A DNA stretch of 64,000 nt from Paragordius varius (taxonomy: Eukaryota; Animalia; Nematomorpha), in NCBI GenBank assembly GCA_964247055.1, contig OZ176054.1, positions 13,330,001-13,394,000 of the forward strand, written 5' to 3'. Below are positions 1-12,300 of this stretch, one piece after another. Numbering within the stretch: position 1 is the first letter of the stretch; the number at the start of each line of letters is the position of its first letter. The translations under genes were made by a program, and so were the position numbers. The notes under the pieces are model-generated. The model saw only the letters and a program-made list of their open reading frames with translations. It had not been told where the DNA came from and did not search any database.

Positions 1-857
1 TTTTAATAGAATTTTACTAATAAATAAGGCAATTTAAACTGCTAATTAATTCTTACAATGTGGTATAAGAGGGTACTTAACTACATAATCAACATCCTAA
101 TACTCAACGGTCATAATTACAAAATGTAAAATTTCAGTATACGGTTGACTTCCATTATTGGGGTTTTGTTAAAAAACTTAGACTTTTATACTGCATATTT
201 AAGGCCTTTTCTTATCACGTAAACTTAAAACAATTTTAAAAAATGCAAAATTGATTGTAAATAATCTCTTAATACAGGAATCACCGTCTAATTTAGTTTA
301 TTTGTGTTGTGTTATAAAAAAACACTTTAACCATATAACATTATCAGCACACTAAAAATATTTTATAAAACAAAATTTGATAAGAATTTACATAAGCAGC
401 AAAGAGTGAGGAGAGACCCCAAGACCACAAAATTGTACGCACATTAGAATTAATATTGCTTTTAGTATTGGCATTTGTTGAAACCTTTATTTTTGGTTTC
501 ATGGCATGTTTGAGTTTTTCCTTCAAACGATTCAAATAAGTTGTGGTGAATGAGACCGAATCTTGAATACTCAATTCATTGCCTAAGGTTAGCTTGTTGT
601 TTGAATCTGTCCTCCTACAATAATGATGAAAAATGAAACATTTGAGTAAAATAAGTAAATAAATGCCGTTTTTTTGATTTGATAAAAAATGTCTATTATT
701 TTGCATTTTAACCTTTTGACGTGAGCAGTTTTAAAATATATGAATAATGTAGTTACATATATCCAGTTATGATATTTTTTATTAATAGAGAAAAATCATA
801 TCTCTAAAAAAATAATATGTTTTTAAGCCATAGAAATGTAATTTTTCATTTGTAATG

Positions 858-917
<60 letters not shown>

Positions 918-3900
918 AAAAATCAATCAAAACGTGTGGGTTTCTTAAAATTCATTAGTCGTTAACATATACGCATATTCCGTATTATAATAATGAATGA
1001 AAAGTATTTTAAACTGAATACAAAATATTAAATGATATGTGCAACCCCTTAATAGTAGCAAACACCTTAACTTGTTAAAATATTAATCATACTAAAATTA
1101 TTTGATTTTTCAGTTTAGTTATATTATTTATTACAAAGGGGAGTTTTAGGGTATTAAAAAAATAATTATCCCATAAATTATTAAAAAAATTTTAGAGTAA
1201 AAACTGAAATTATACAGACACAAAGTAAAAATATAAAGACAAATATTTTTTTAAAAGACAACCATACCTCCTTATAAGCTAGTTAGTTGCAATTGTAAAA
1301 TATAGAATTGATTGTGTTAGTATTATATATCTTTCTCTATTTCACACTTTGTTATTTAAAACAATGAGTTATATTGTAATTAAATCTAGATTTAAAAAGT
1401 ATGGGGTTGTCTTTTTTACAAATGTCCGTATAATTATATCCACAATTAACTGCAAAGCTTTACTGTTTTTGTTGTATTAGATCAGCATCCACAGGATTTA
1501 TAATGTCAAAAGACCATTGAGAAGGCAATAAATGTTCCATCCAAACTTTAAGTCTTTGAAGAGCGAAATAACCCTGGTGGGATTGTAGCAAATTTTCATT
1601 TAAGTTATTAAAAGTATTTTCATCAACATTTAAAGTTATAATATCAAGGTTGGGTAAGGATGGTATCATAATACAATGTATATCAAGAGGTGAATTATTA
1701 TTAATGCTAAATAACTCTAAATACTGTTTCTCAAACATTTCACAATGGAATTCGTCATTGTTAAATGATGGCGGATTACTTGAGTTTGTATATTCCTTTA
1801 ATACTGTGCTCTAAAATAAAACACGTATTGCACGCATAAAATAATAGAAAAAAAATTAATTTTATATATATACCATTTACAAATCAAATTCACCCTCGAA
1901 CAATTCAGATTCACTCTTACAGTCATGTCTATATAGAATTGTCTTTTTTTTTATTTAAATGATTATAATTTTTTTTTAATTGTTTTGATGTTTGATATGT
2001 CAACTTTCAACATGCGCATTTTTAAGCCTTAAAATAATAGTAGCCTATTTATTGTAAGAATTTTTAATTTATAATTAAAAGATATTGCAAAATATTATTC
2101 TTGATGCACAACATGCACATATTGTAATTTTTATCTTTTGTAAAATATTAATTATAAAATTTTATTAATAAAGTTTAAACACACATAACCAAAATATAAT
2201 TTAAAAGATAAAAATATTTATTGATTATAATATTTAAATAAATTTATAATTGTTTTCATTTTCTAGGGGTTTTCTTTGCATACATTCCAACAAAGTGAAG
2301 AAAAATTATAATAATTTTTTAGATTTTTTTCCCTTCTCTCTTCGCAAAGTCTTGCAATTTTATTATGTTGCTCTAGAGGGGTACTACACCGGGGTTTTTT
2401 ATCATATTGATGTTTAATCTCATGAAAAAAACATTCAATGGGATTCAGTTGTGGCGAATATGGAGGTAAATAAACTATTTTATTCCTTAGGTCACCTAAC
2501 ACCGCGGCTTTGTGAATAGGTGCATTATCGCAAACTATTATTGAACTTTCAGGAATTCTTGTTAAACATTCCGTCAAAAAAATTCGAAAATCATCGCCTC
2601 TAAAGGCGCCTTCTTTTGTTCTGTAATTAATAACTCCCTGACAACCAATCATACATATCAATGAAACATTTTTTCCTAAAATAAATTCAAATTTTACCTT
2701 TGTTAAATCCCTCTACAATAGGAGATTTGCCCTTTGGAGCTCTACCCCATATATTTGTAAGTTTCAAACTGAAGCCTGACTCATCAATAAAAAAAACTTT
2801 TTCCTGTGGAATATCTTTCACCAATCTGGCATAATTATAACGCTTTTCTATATTCTCTGGGGTGTTTCTTTCCCGAGGTTGTAAAATACACCTCTTTCGA
2901 GTAATTTCTGAATCCGAGAGAATTTTGTAAATAGTTGCTCTGCATACTTTAATATGGTCTGGTATTTGTTCCATTATTTCATCGATTGTTAATTCACAAT
3001 CATTGTTTATTAATCTTTTGACAGCATCTATTATTTCTGGATTTCTGAATTTGTTACGCCGACCAGATTTATTTCTATCAGTAGAATTCCCAAGAATTAT
3101 TTTTCTTCTTAATATATTTATAGATGTTAAGGACATATCAAAATAATCCAAAAAATAATTTGAGGGTTTTTCCAAATTTTTGGGATCAAAAAATAATTTT
3201 TTAGCTCTATCTATTTTTTCCTTATTCCAAAAATTATGTTCTAAAATTTAAAAATATTAATACTTTTATGTTTTATTTTTTCACGAGATAATTCATTTTC
3301 ATTCAATGGAACATCCAAATCAGATACTACGAATTGTTATTTTTAAATACTTGAAGACTCTTCACTTGTATCCGATTCAAAAGTATAAACTGAGGGAGCT
3401 ATGTTTTCCTTTAATATTGGATTTTGTTCTGAACTTTTATTTTTTAATATAAACCTTCAAGTACACTAGCTGCCGAGCAAAGAAGAAATAATGGGTTATC
3501 GTTGATATTCATAATTTTTTAAAATAACTCTAGATTTATGATTTATTTCTTTATATATATAGAGATTAATTGGACATCTGCTTGGGTTTTCTTATATATT
3601 TTAAGTGCATGTTAAAAACCCCTAGAAAATGAAAACATATATTAAACTTGGTTATCATAAATTACATGGGCATGTTGTAGATAAAATGTTCAAGAATAAT
3701 ATTTTGCAACATCTTTTAATTATAAATTAAAAATTCTTACACTAAATAGGCTATTATTATTTTAAGGCTTAAAAATGCGCATGTTGAAAGTTGACATATC
3801 AAACATCAAAACAATTAAAAAAAAATTATAATCATTTAAATAAAAAAAAAGACAATTCTATATAGACATGACTGTAAATAAATTTTGTGTTTTTTAAAAT

Positions 3901-6245
3901 TAAATATAACCATTTTTTCATATTTTTAAAAAATGAAATTTTGGTTGCAATTCAATAATACTGAAAAAATAATATATGCGCCATAAATAATATATTTCAT
4001 ATAAATGATGATGGGTTATATTAGCCCGAAAACACATAATTCATTTTTAGTGAAATCAAATTGTTCAAGGAGGAATTTATATTGTTCAAAGGTGAAAATG
4101 AATTGTAAATGGTATATATATGGACAATAAAAATTATTTTTAAAGGCACAAAAACCCAATAAGTAAAAATTCAATATCTTTTTAATGCTTAAATTGTATG
4201 ATTACATTTGTGAAATATATTAAATATCGAATATCGCTTCTTCATTTTACAATTCAAAGAGGTAAGTTATATAAAAAATAGAGATGCCTTTAATCTTTAT
4301 AATTTATAATTTTACTGTAATGAAGAGACATCAAATTTTTTATTTCTCCTCGTCAATATACTGGACAAAAACATAAACATAATATAAAATAAATACTTAA
4401 TGTATTTTTTCAAAAAACTTACGGTTATGTTTTAAAATTATACAATTATTTTTTTCAATATTTTCATACGGTATTTAATTAAAATAAGAAAAGAGGTTTA
4501 TTTCAATCTTTTATAATAAAATTTTTAAAAACGAAATAATCAATTTAGAATTTTACATGCGTAATTTTAGTGTAATGTTGAATAGTTTGCAACAATTGTG
4601 TTGTAATGTATTCATTTAATGGATTATCAACCTTCACTTCTTGAGATGAGTTTTGCATTGTCAGCATATTGAAAATTAACCAGGGAATCTATGTGACATG
4701 AAAATAAAAAAAATAAGTAAACAGTATTACAGTAATAATTGAAATTATTATACGAATAAAGGATATATATTTTTTTGAAAAGACACCCAACCATACTTTT
4801 TGGATCGGAATTTTTTAATAAAAGGACAAGTGTAATTCCATTCTATATATATATAAGTAACATCAATAGATATATTTTCGTTAAATTTTTCATACTTTTT
4901 AACAATTTTAACAAATAATTTAAAAATTTAATCATTTTTATAACAAATAAAATAAAATATATATTTGTAAAATAACACATTAATAAATATGTATGATATT
5001 TTGAATTAGCAAAATAAATTTAAATTTTTCCTTAATATAATACTCTAAAGGGTTGAGAAATAGTTAAAAAACACCATTTAAATATAAATATATAACCTTG
5101 ACTGCAAGCGAATTCAATATTTCAACATACAATGCCAAATACGAGATGGGTAAAAAATGGCAGAATATATTATGTAACCATTTGCAAAGAGCTAAATTCC
5201 AATCGAAATCACAGTAAATTTCACGAAACGTTTCGCCATATTTTTCAAGGATAAGCAAATCTTTATTATCAGTGTGCCTCTATAAAAGTCAAATTAAATA
5301 TGAAAAAAATCCCTTTTTAATAAAAGGATAACCATATTTATGCAATCTTAGTTTATGTATATTATCTTTTCGCACGTTACAAAATAAAGAATAGAGATGT
5401 AATTGATAACAATCAATTTTATATCGAGAACAAAAAAAAATTAAATAATTTTTTATTATATATACATTTGGTTTATATTTTAGTCTTAAAATTAAGAATG
5501 AAAATCAATATTTGACAAAAAACGACCTAAGTCATCCATATTAGATATATGATTTAAACCTGTATTTAAAGAGCAGAATAAAAATTATTTAATGTTAAAT
5601 CACATATTCCAAAACGCCGTATTTAACGCTAAATATATGTTATACCAAAAAAAGAAAAAAAGATAGGGCTAATATTTTGGAAAAATGGCAAGATCTCCTT
5701 TTTTATATATCTTACCCTTAATTTCGACATTTGTTCCATAAAATTTTATAAAATTAACAATAACAAATGGTGGTAAAACTTTAATCGAAGTTTCATCATA
5801 AAAGTTTGACAAAGCATTCCAACTCCTTTCAAAAATGCTAATTTCTGGCTGACTCCATGTATATTTAGGCAAATTAGTTTGCCAATCTTCAGTTCGCATT
5901 TCAAGATTTTGAATAAGTTCCATTTCTGCGGCCATATCAAGCTTATCTTGCATATCAAATCGTTTGGGCATCTTATAATCAGTCTCATTGCAAACTTCGC
6001 ACAAATTATCTGATGATTCAATATCAATAATTTCATCTAAGCTACTAATAATTCATAAAAAGAGTTTACTTTGAAATATTTGATTGATTTTGTGTAAACA
6101 TATAGGTGGTGGGCCAAGCGAATTTGGTTTTTGCCGTTAAAACTTGGTAAGGTGATGCATAGGAATGATCGTGTTCTAATGATGGTTTATCCGTTTGTAA
6201 CTTTTTCAAAATTTTCAAGATAAATTTTTCATCGTAAAAGCCCAT
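1..6245 (-). CDS. KANSL3: KANSL3 (NSL complex subunit 3)-like, copy A; multi-exon, 3' exons lie before the window start
   Basis: Spliced translation MGFYDEKF..EHDHSYA..EIIDIES..EDWQTNLPKYTWSQPEISIFERSWNAL..WNLALCKWLHNIF..LYVEILNSLAVKIPWLIFNML..ILWSWGLSSLFAAY follows, from memory, human KANSL3 (LDHSYA, PIDVE, EDWEEHVNRTGWT, WDTKLIQWLH, LKGKIPTLIDRML, IILIGWNTGALVAC). Approximate exons: 6245-6070, 6044-~5764, ~5279-5100, ~4689-4558, ~1810-1463, ~613-391. GT-AG junctions are in frame; intron 6045-6069 is 25 nt. Confidence 0.85.
862..912. repeat. (TA)n microsatellite; paralogous tracts at ~26965-26978 and ~51046-51112
   Basis: Direct dinucleotide run whose length differs between cassette copies. 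Confidence 0.95.
1195..1452. mobile_element. MITE family 1 (CAGTAAAAACTGAAATTATACGGA... TIR), degenerate copy in KANSL3 intron
   Basis: Imperfect palindrome with arms gtaaaaactgaaattatac..aaagacaaatattttt..gacaaccatac and the reverse complement. Shared by copies B (~27260-27530) and C (~51395-51650). Confidence 0.75.
1920..3874 (-). mobile_element. IS630-Tc1-mariner DNA transposon, full length (1955 bp), long TIRs, TA target duplication
   Basis: TIR CAGTCATGTCTATATAGAATTGTC... of ~185 bp (1920-~2103 vs ~3690-3874) with few mismatches; TA flanks at 1918-1919 and 3875-3876. The empty site is present in copy C (ttcactctaaaataaattttgtg, ~52115). Confidence 0.95.
2263..3512 (-). CDS. DDE transposase, 384 aa after removing four micro-introns
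   Basis: Exons 3512-3455, 3428-3351, 3326-3264, 3240-2698, 2675-2263 total 1155 nt in one frame. Motifs: VFFIDESGF, RAPKG, GKNVSLI, IVCDNAPIH, YLPPYSPQLNPIE. The 22-nt intron 2676-2697 joins the two predicted ORFs. The three 5' introns are inferred from GT-AG ends and frame restoration. Confidence 0.88.
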
Positions 6246-6317
6246 TATGAAACCGAAATGTTAAAAGTTTCAAATATCTGTGCAAAAAAACTAGAGTTGA
6301 TACGGTAGTGTTTAAAA
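6246..6317. promoter_or_regulatory. Putative bidirectional promoter/5' region between divergent KANSL3 and IFT122-like start codons
   Basis: 72 bp between ATGs in A (6245/6318) and B (30301/30374), 67 bp in C (54339/54407); sequence conserved in all three copies. Confidence 0.55.
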
Positions 6318-9300
6318 ATGAAAAATGTTTCTTTTAAACACTATTACGCTTATTATGTCCAAGATGATTGTATCAATGTTATTGATCTGGCAAACAATGT
6401 ATCAGGTATCAATTTGTATTTGATTTTAGGGACCTTAAATTGTCGTTACTCAGTGGATTTCTTAAATTTGGACAATAATATTTTAACAGTTTAATAAAAA
6501 TAAAATTTTTAGGTTTTTGTTAACAAGTTCCTAATTTTATATGTCTATCAGTTACATACTGATGACCATTCTGTGATATTTGAAGGATTATATAAAACAT
6601 CTTACAAACACGTTATAAAAGATTTGCAAACTACGTTTACTAATATCTGTGTTTTGTCGGAACCGAAAAATATTATTCTTACCTTTAACGATAAATATAT
6701 TACCATTAACTTTGCTCAACCTAAAAAATATGTTACGAAAGAAGATATCCACATTTTTCCTTCACAAATCATTGCCTTAAAAATTGTTAATGATTGCCAT
6801 TTTATTATAATTTGTACAGAAATAGATGAGCAGCTTAATCTATTTGAGTCTCAATTTGACATGAATACGAATGAACTTGTTAATATCAACAAATTACTAA
6901 CTTTACCACATACATTTGAGGCAAATAATAACAATACTTTTGATATGTATTTATCTGCGGAAAACGCCTTTGTAGCCATATTAAAGGGTCAGAAACAGAC
7001 AAATTCAAATTTACTTTTATATGAAATTTTGGATGATTGGAAACTTTGCAAAGTAACATAAATATATATTCAACATACTAGATGACAATAAATGACGGGA
7101 GCGATTTAGATTGTCAAATTATGTCTTTTAAATGGCACGAAAAAATTGACCAATTTGGCTGCATTTCACGTTTTAACGAAACGCAAAGAGTCATTGAATG
7201 CATAGTTTTTGATGTGGCAAAACACCAAACGATTTTTTCAACTGACTTGCAAAACCAACAGGTTGTGTTAATTTGTTATATATTTGATATTTTGTTGCAC
7301 AAACGACTACTTTTTTCTTTCAAACTAAACCAGGCATGTCCTAATTTGTCTTTATAAAGTTTATGATTTAAAAAATTTCTGAATATTGTATATCGATTTG
7401 GAATCCAATTTTTTTTATTTTTTTTGCAGATAAAATATTATATATGTAGGTATTAGACATCCATCCACTCCTATTTATATTGATAGTTTATGCTTATATT
7501 CTATACTTTTCGTGTAAATAATGCATTTTAATTTGCACTAAATGGAAAAACTGTCGCTAATTTTATATTCCAAACAAATTATACTAAAGATATTCTGTAA
7601 TAAGTATTAAATCTTTAATGTTGATCACTTTTATGCGTTCACCATAAATTTATCTGTTTAAATACAAGGTTTATAGAATGACACTCGCATTTTTTTCACG
7701 TGCTCGGCAGCTATAATATTTTGCAAATTTGAATAGATTAAAATTATGTATATCAAAAATTTAGATTGAGAATATTGTACTCTTTCGATCAAAAACCATA
7801 TATTTCCTTGCATCCATAAGCTGCGATCAACCCATCGTAACCATAAAAATACCCAAAAAATTAATTGAGGACTACAAATACGTTTCAACTGCATCATCAC
7901 TCAAAGATGTGGAAAATGAATTGTTAGTTTTGCAACCAGAAAACTCAACTAAAATAATGATTGATAAAACAGCACAAATGTTTGAATCGAAAATTGTTCA
8001 ATCTGACCCTCTTGAGATTATGGAAAATATTGAGATATTATTACATAATGGAGATTACATTGGTGCGTACAATAACTTGTGTACAATATTGCAAAGAAAA
8101 CCTAAGTATATTAGGTATTAAAGTTAGTTTTATTTTAATCTTTTTTTAGTTTGGGTTCAAGCTGATTCGTATAAGATTTTATATATGGACCAATGCTGTT
8201 TTTACCCAAAAATTAAGCATAACTAAAAATATATACAAATTTATTCCAAAAAAAATTGATAACGTTTTATTTTGAGTGGAAAAATTATATTACGCAGAGG
8301 TACATTTTAATACATAATTAATATTATTATACTGTTTTTCACATTAGGTTGTGTTAAGAAATAAGGGTTTAAAACTTGGATTTTTCTTGAAAAACCTAAC
8401 GATTTATGTGCCTCAATACATACCAAATTTAATCAATTTTTATTGTTAAAATGTTTAGGGATATCTGTTACAAATTCCTCATTTCAATTCTTACCATGGC
8501 AAATTCACAAACAAATAACCACAAGAATATCAATCAAGAATTTAACAGTGATACATTTTCTATTAACGAAAATACTAAAGAAACCAACTTGGAGAAAACT
8601 GAAATAGATGACATGGCAAATAAAGTGTGTACCATGTATATTAATACAGTGCTGTTCCCTCAACATTTTATCCTTAAGAATGAAAATATCCCAGAAAAGA
8701 ATGAACATCCTACCCTAGAAACGTTAATACAAGAAATGGCTCAATATATTTCACATGGTTGCTGTATTTCTAACTCCTTTCAAACTAATTTCGATACGCT
8801 TTGTTCTTGGTATTTTGTAGGTTTTTTTGATTATTCAATAAATCGAGAAAATGCCAGTGAACGACTTTTTTGGATTCTCCAGTTAAATGGGAATGAAAAT
8901 TATTCTTCTTATCAAAAACATTACCATAACAAATCTTTGAAAACAGTTAATTCCGGTCACCCTATAAAATATTTAACTATTCGGGTTTGTTTCACACTTT
9001 GGCTTGAATGTTACCAACAAGTTAATGAACGTGATGAATTGTCACACAGTAATCTTAATATTCATTCTATATATTCAACAACAGGTTTTAAACATATATC
9101 CCATTGGGAAAATATATATATTTCATTTTTTAATCTTTTTGAATGATAAAAAAGATATAGTTATTATAAATTCATATTAAAATATTAATGAAATTCTTTA
9201 TTAAATGACTCTTATAAACACCAATTACATCTCAAATACACGCTCGAACATTTATAAAACTTAAACGTTTCAAATTTACACATAAAATATGTATTTAAAA

Positions 9301-12300
9301 ATTAAGACTTTAATATATAACATAATGCATCATGTATCCTATCAATAAGTTGTTGAATTAGCCTCAAAACACATATTTTTGGGGGTAAATTTGAAATATT
9401 TAAGGGTGAACTTAGATATTAAGGGTAAATTTGAAGTATTTAAGTGTTGATTTGATAGTTTAAGGGGGAATTTAAAATATTTATATGGTAATATTTAAGT
9501 TGTAAAATGGTAAAATATATTTTTTGCAAATTCATGCTTACAGTTATAACCAAATGTATCACACCTTTACAAACCCTTATTCATAACCATTATCAATTTT
9601 CAATGCCTCAAAAAACACTGAAATCAGAACAAATCAAACCAATAAATGTGACAAATATTGCGACACACTTTGTTTTACATTTCATTCGCGGACTTTTGAT
9701 TCAAAGGATGTTTGCTAATGCTGGCCGTCTTATATGGATTCTAAAAGATTTTTACGTTAAGTCATCAGGTTGTTTATTATACAATTTAAATTTTTTTTCA
9801 AGCTTTTATAGAATATTCTGGAAATAAAGAGCAAAATTATATAGTTAAATCTTAAACGAGAAATTAAAAGACAAAAATTATTTACCTTGATTCTTTGTAT
9901 AATTGAGTGTGTTACCAATTTCCACATCTTTATTATTAATCTGCAATCCGAATTGATGGGTAAAAAAGAAATATAGCCAAATAAGCAATAGGTTTAAATT
10001 GTTAACCCACTCAATTATATAATATAAAATTAAAATTTTAAATAGGTTATTTGGGTAAAATTAAGGCCTGTAAAAGCAACTATGGTTTTCTTTTAAAAAA
10101 ATATTTGTCTTTATTCTGGGACCTTTGTCTGTTTAATTTTATTAATTTGATAAAAAACAATCATACTCATTTTTTTCAGTAACACTAAATGATGAGGCAA
10201 GAACCGAGAATTATAATTATAATGTATCAACACAAACTTCATTGGTGCAAACATTACAATTTTTCAGCCTTTTTTACTTTGCTTACGATAAAATTCAACA
10301 TTTCCTGGTAAGTAAATAAGTATGTATGTTGTTCGACCGATTCTGTGAATAAACTATGCATGTAAATATTTAATTAGTAAAAGTCTCTGTGGTGTTGTCT
10401 CGTATCATCATTGAACATACATATCTCTCTGGTGTTGTCCGTCTCATCATTATATATACACACATGTCTCTGTGGTGTTGTCTCATATCATCATTGAACA
10501 CACATACATGTATTTGTGGTGTTGTTTCGTATCATCATTGAACACACATACATAGCTCTAATGCATGATTTACACCGTTTACGATTCAAATTCACCCTAA
10601 AATAAATTATCTGTTTAGCATCTAATATAAATCATCATTAAAGAAATGTATTCTTATGGCAGACTTATTATTTATTCAGTATTATAGAAATTTTAAACGA
10701 AATTTCATTTCATAAAAATATAAAAATTATGGGTAATATTTAATCTTGAAAAACACATTTTATTTTTTAGGGTTCTGAATTGTTTAAGGGTGATTTTGAA
10801 TTGTTTGGTGAAAACTTTAAATAATATATAAATTTAATTTATTGGTTGATGAGTAATTCTTGAATGGGGAAATAGTTGCATATGGTAGAAATATCAATAA
10901 TAATTTAATGTACTAATTAACGTTAAAATATATAGATAATTAACTTTTACCGCATGTTGTTTTTAACCATACACTACTGTATTTTTATAAATATATATAA
11001 TTTAAACATGAAACCACGAGAAAATATCAGATTTGCTGACATATATTAATTTTGTTTATATAATTTCTAAAGATTCATATCACCAATAATATAGCTGTTT
11101 ACTGTATAAATATATAAGGATCAATTAAAAATTTTTTTTTTATTTTTTCATACAGAATACGGCATTTAGCAATATTGGCTTAGATGAGGTTCGAATGACC
11201 GTTAGATATTTAGCTTTGATGGCTTTTAAAATCATTCTCTCAAACAAAGATATGGGCAGTGCAAAGAAATTAGATAAATACGCCCTTAAAACATCCTTTC
11301 AATCACCTGATAATAATAATATGTTGTTGTTATGGGAAGAAATGATTGAATTTATAACATTACAAGAAAATAAAAATGAAATGATGATTGAAATTATATC
11401 AAACATTTTCTGTTTGCTTTTACGATTACATCATCATCAAACGAATGATTGTGGTCTCATAACCCCAAGGATTGGACATTTGCTGGAAAAATATAGTCCT
11501 CATTTATTGAAACATTATTCAAAATCACCTCAAGGCGAATCAACAAGTGTCGAAAGTGAAAATCTTTTTAAGTAAGACTCTATATATATATGTTCTAAAT
11601 TGTCCATTTTAGGTTAATTGTTACAAGAAATTTTAATTATGAAATATGTAAAGTTGCACAATTTGTAATAATACGTTGCAGATATATATGTAATCAATAT
11701 GCTTTTTGTGGGATTCGAATTTTATACTAACTTAAAAATTTGGATTATTTTTACTAAAAAATCGGAATTAATTATAAACATACGCTTATTACTTTATAAG
11801 CAGTGAAAAATCTCTTTAAGAAGGGGGGTATACTAAATATATATAATATGTTTACACACAGGATACCAAATCCATTGTTTGAAAGGGTAACTCTACAAGA
11901 ATGTCAAGATATTTTGAAAGGAAAAAAACTTTCCTCCGACATTTTCTGTTACAATTGTCAAATGGTGACAGATTTTCAAATTGATTTTAACGCAAAAAAT
12001 TTTTGCGGAAACCAGACAACAATGCTTAATACAGCCCTAAATCCCACGATACTATGTCAAGAGTGTTTGAAACCTTTTATATTTTCCATGTTAACTTTTG
12101 GTATATTTTTATATTAAAATAATTTTGGATAAATAAATTATATAATGTCGATTTTTATGAGAAGGGGGCGCGCCATTAATATCATATAACTCTAATATAG
12201 AAAATATTAAGATAAATGGATATGATTTATTTTATAAAAAATAACTAGTCTTTTAATTTTTAAATTCGGCTTTCTATTTTAAAAAAAAGATTTTTACCTA

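Larger units (their letters stand above)
1871..4114. mobile_element. MITE family 2 (TACCATTT(A/G)CA TIR), interrupted by the Tc1-like element
   Basis: Ends TA|TACCATTTACA ... TGTAAATGGTA|TA. Uninterrupted paralogues lie at ~27967-28196 and ~52076-52340. Confidence 0.8.

Noticed and set aside
295-352. Candidate terminal KANSL3 exon CADNVIWLKCFF..*
   Set aside because: The acceptor AG is missing in copy B, and joining AAY directly to ACIELKF..CLGFP matches KANSL3 better.
5064-5280. Resemblance of LEKYGETFREI to an MTA/SANT domain
   Set aside because: The surrounding exons align colinearly with KANSL3 and the SANT tryptophan pattern is absent.
7262-8458. Calling IFT122-like copies A, B or C pseudogenes from indels in this stretch
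   Set aside because: Exon boundaries are unresolved and several indels lie in homopolymers that may be sequencing errors, so the evidence is insufficient.
11803-11868. VKNLFKKGG segment as an IFT122-like exon
   Set aside because: The upstream phase-2 donor gives a stop with this acceptor. The downstream acceptor (cacacag|G ATA CCA) keeps the frame, and the segment is absent in copy C.
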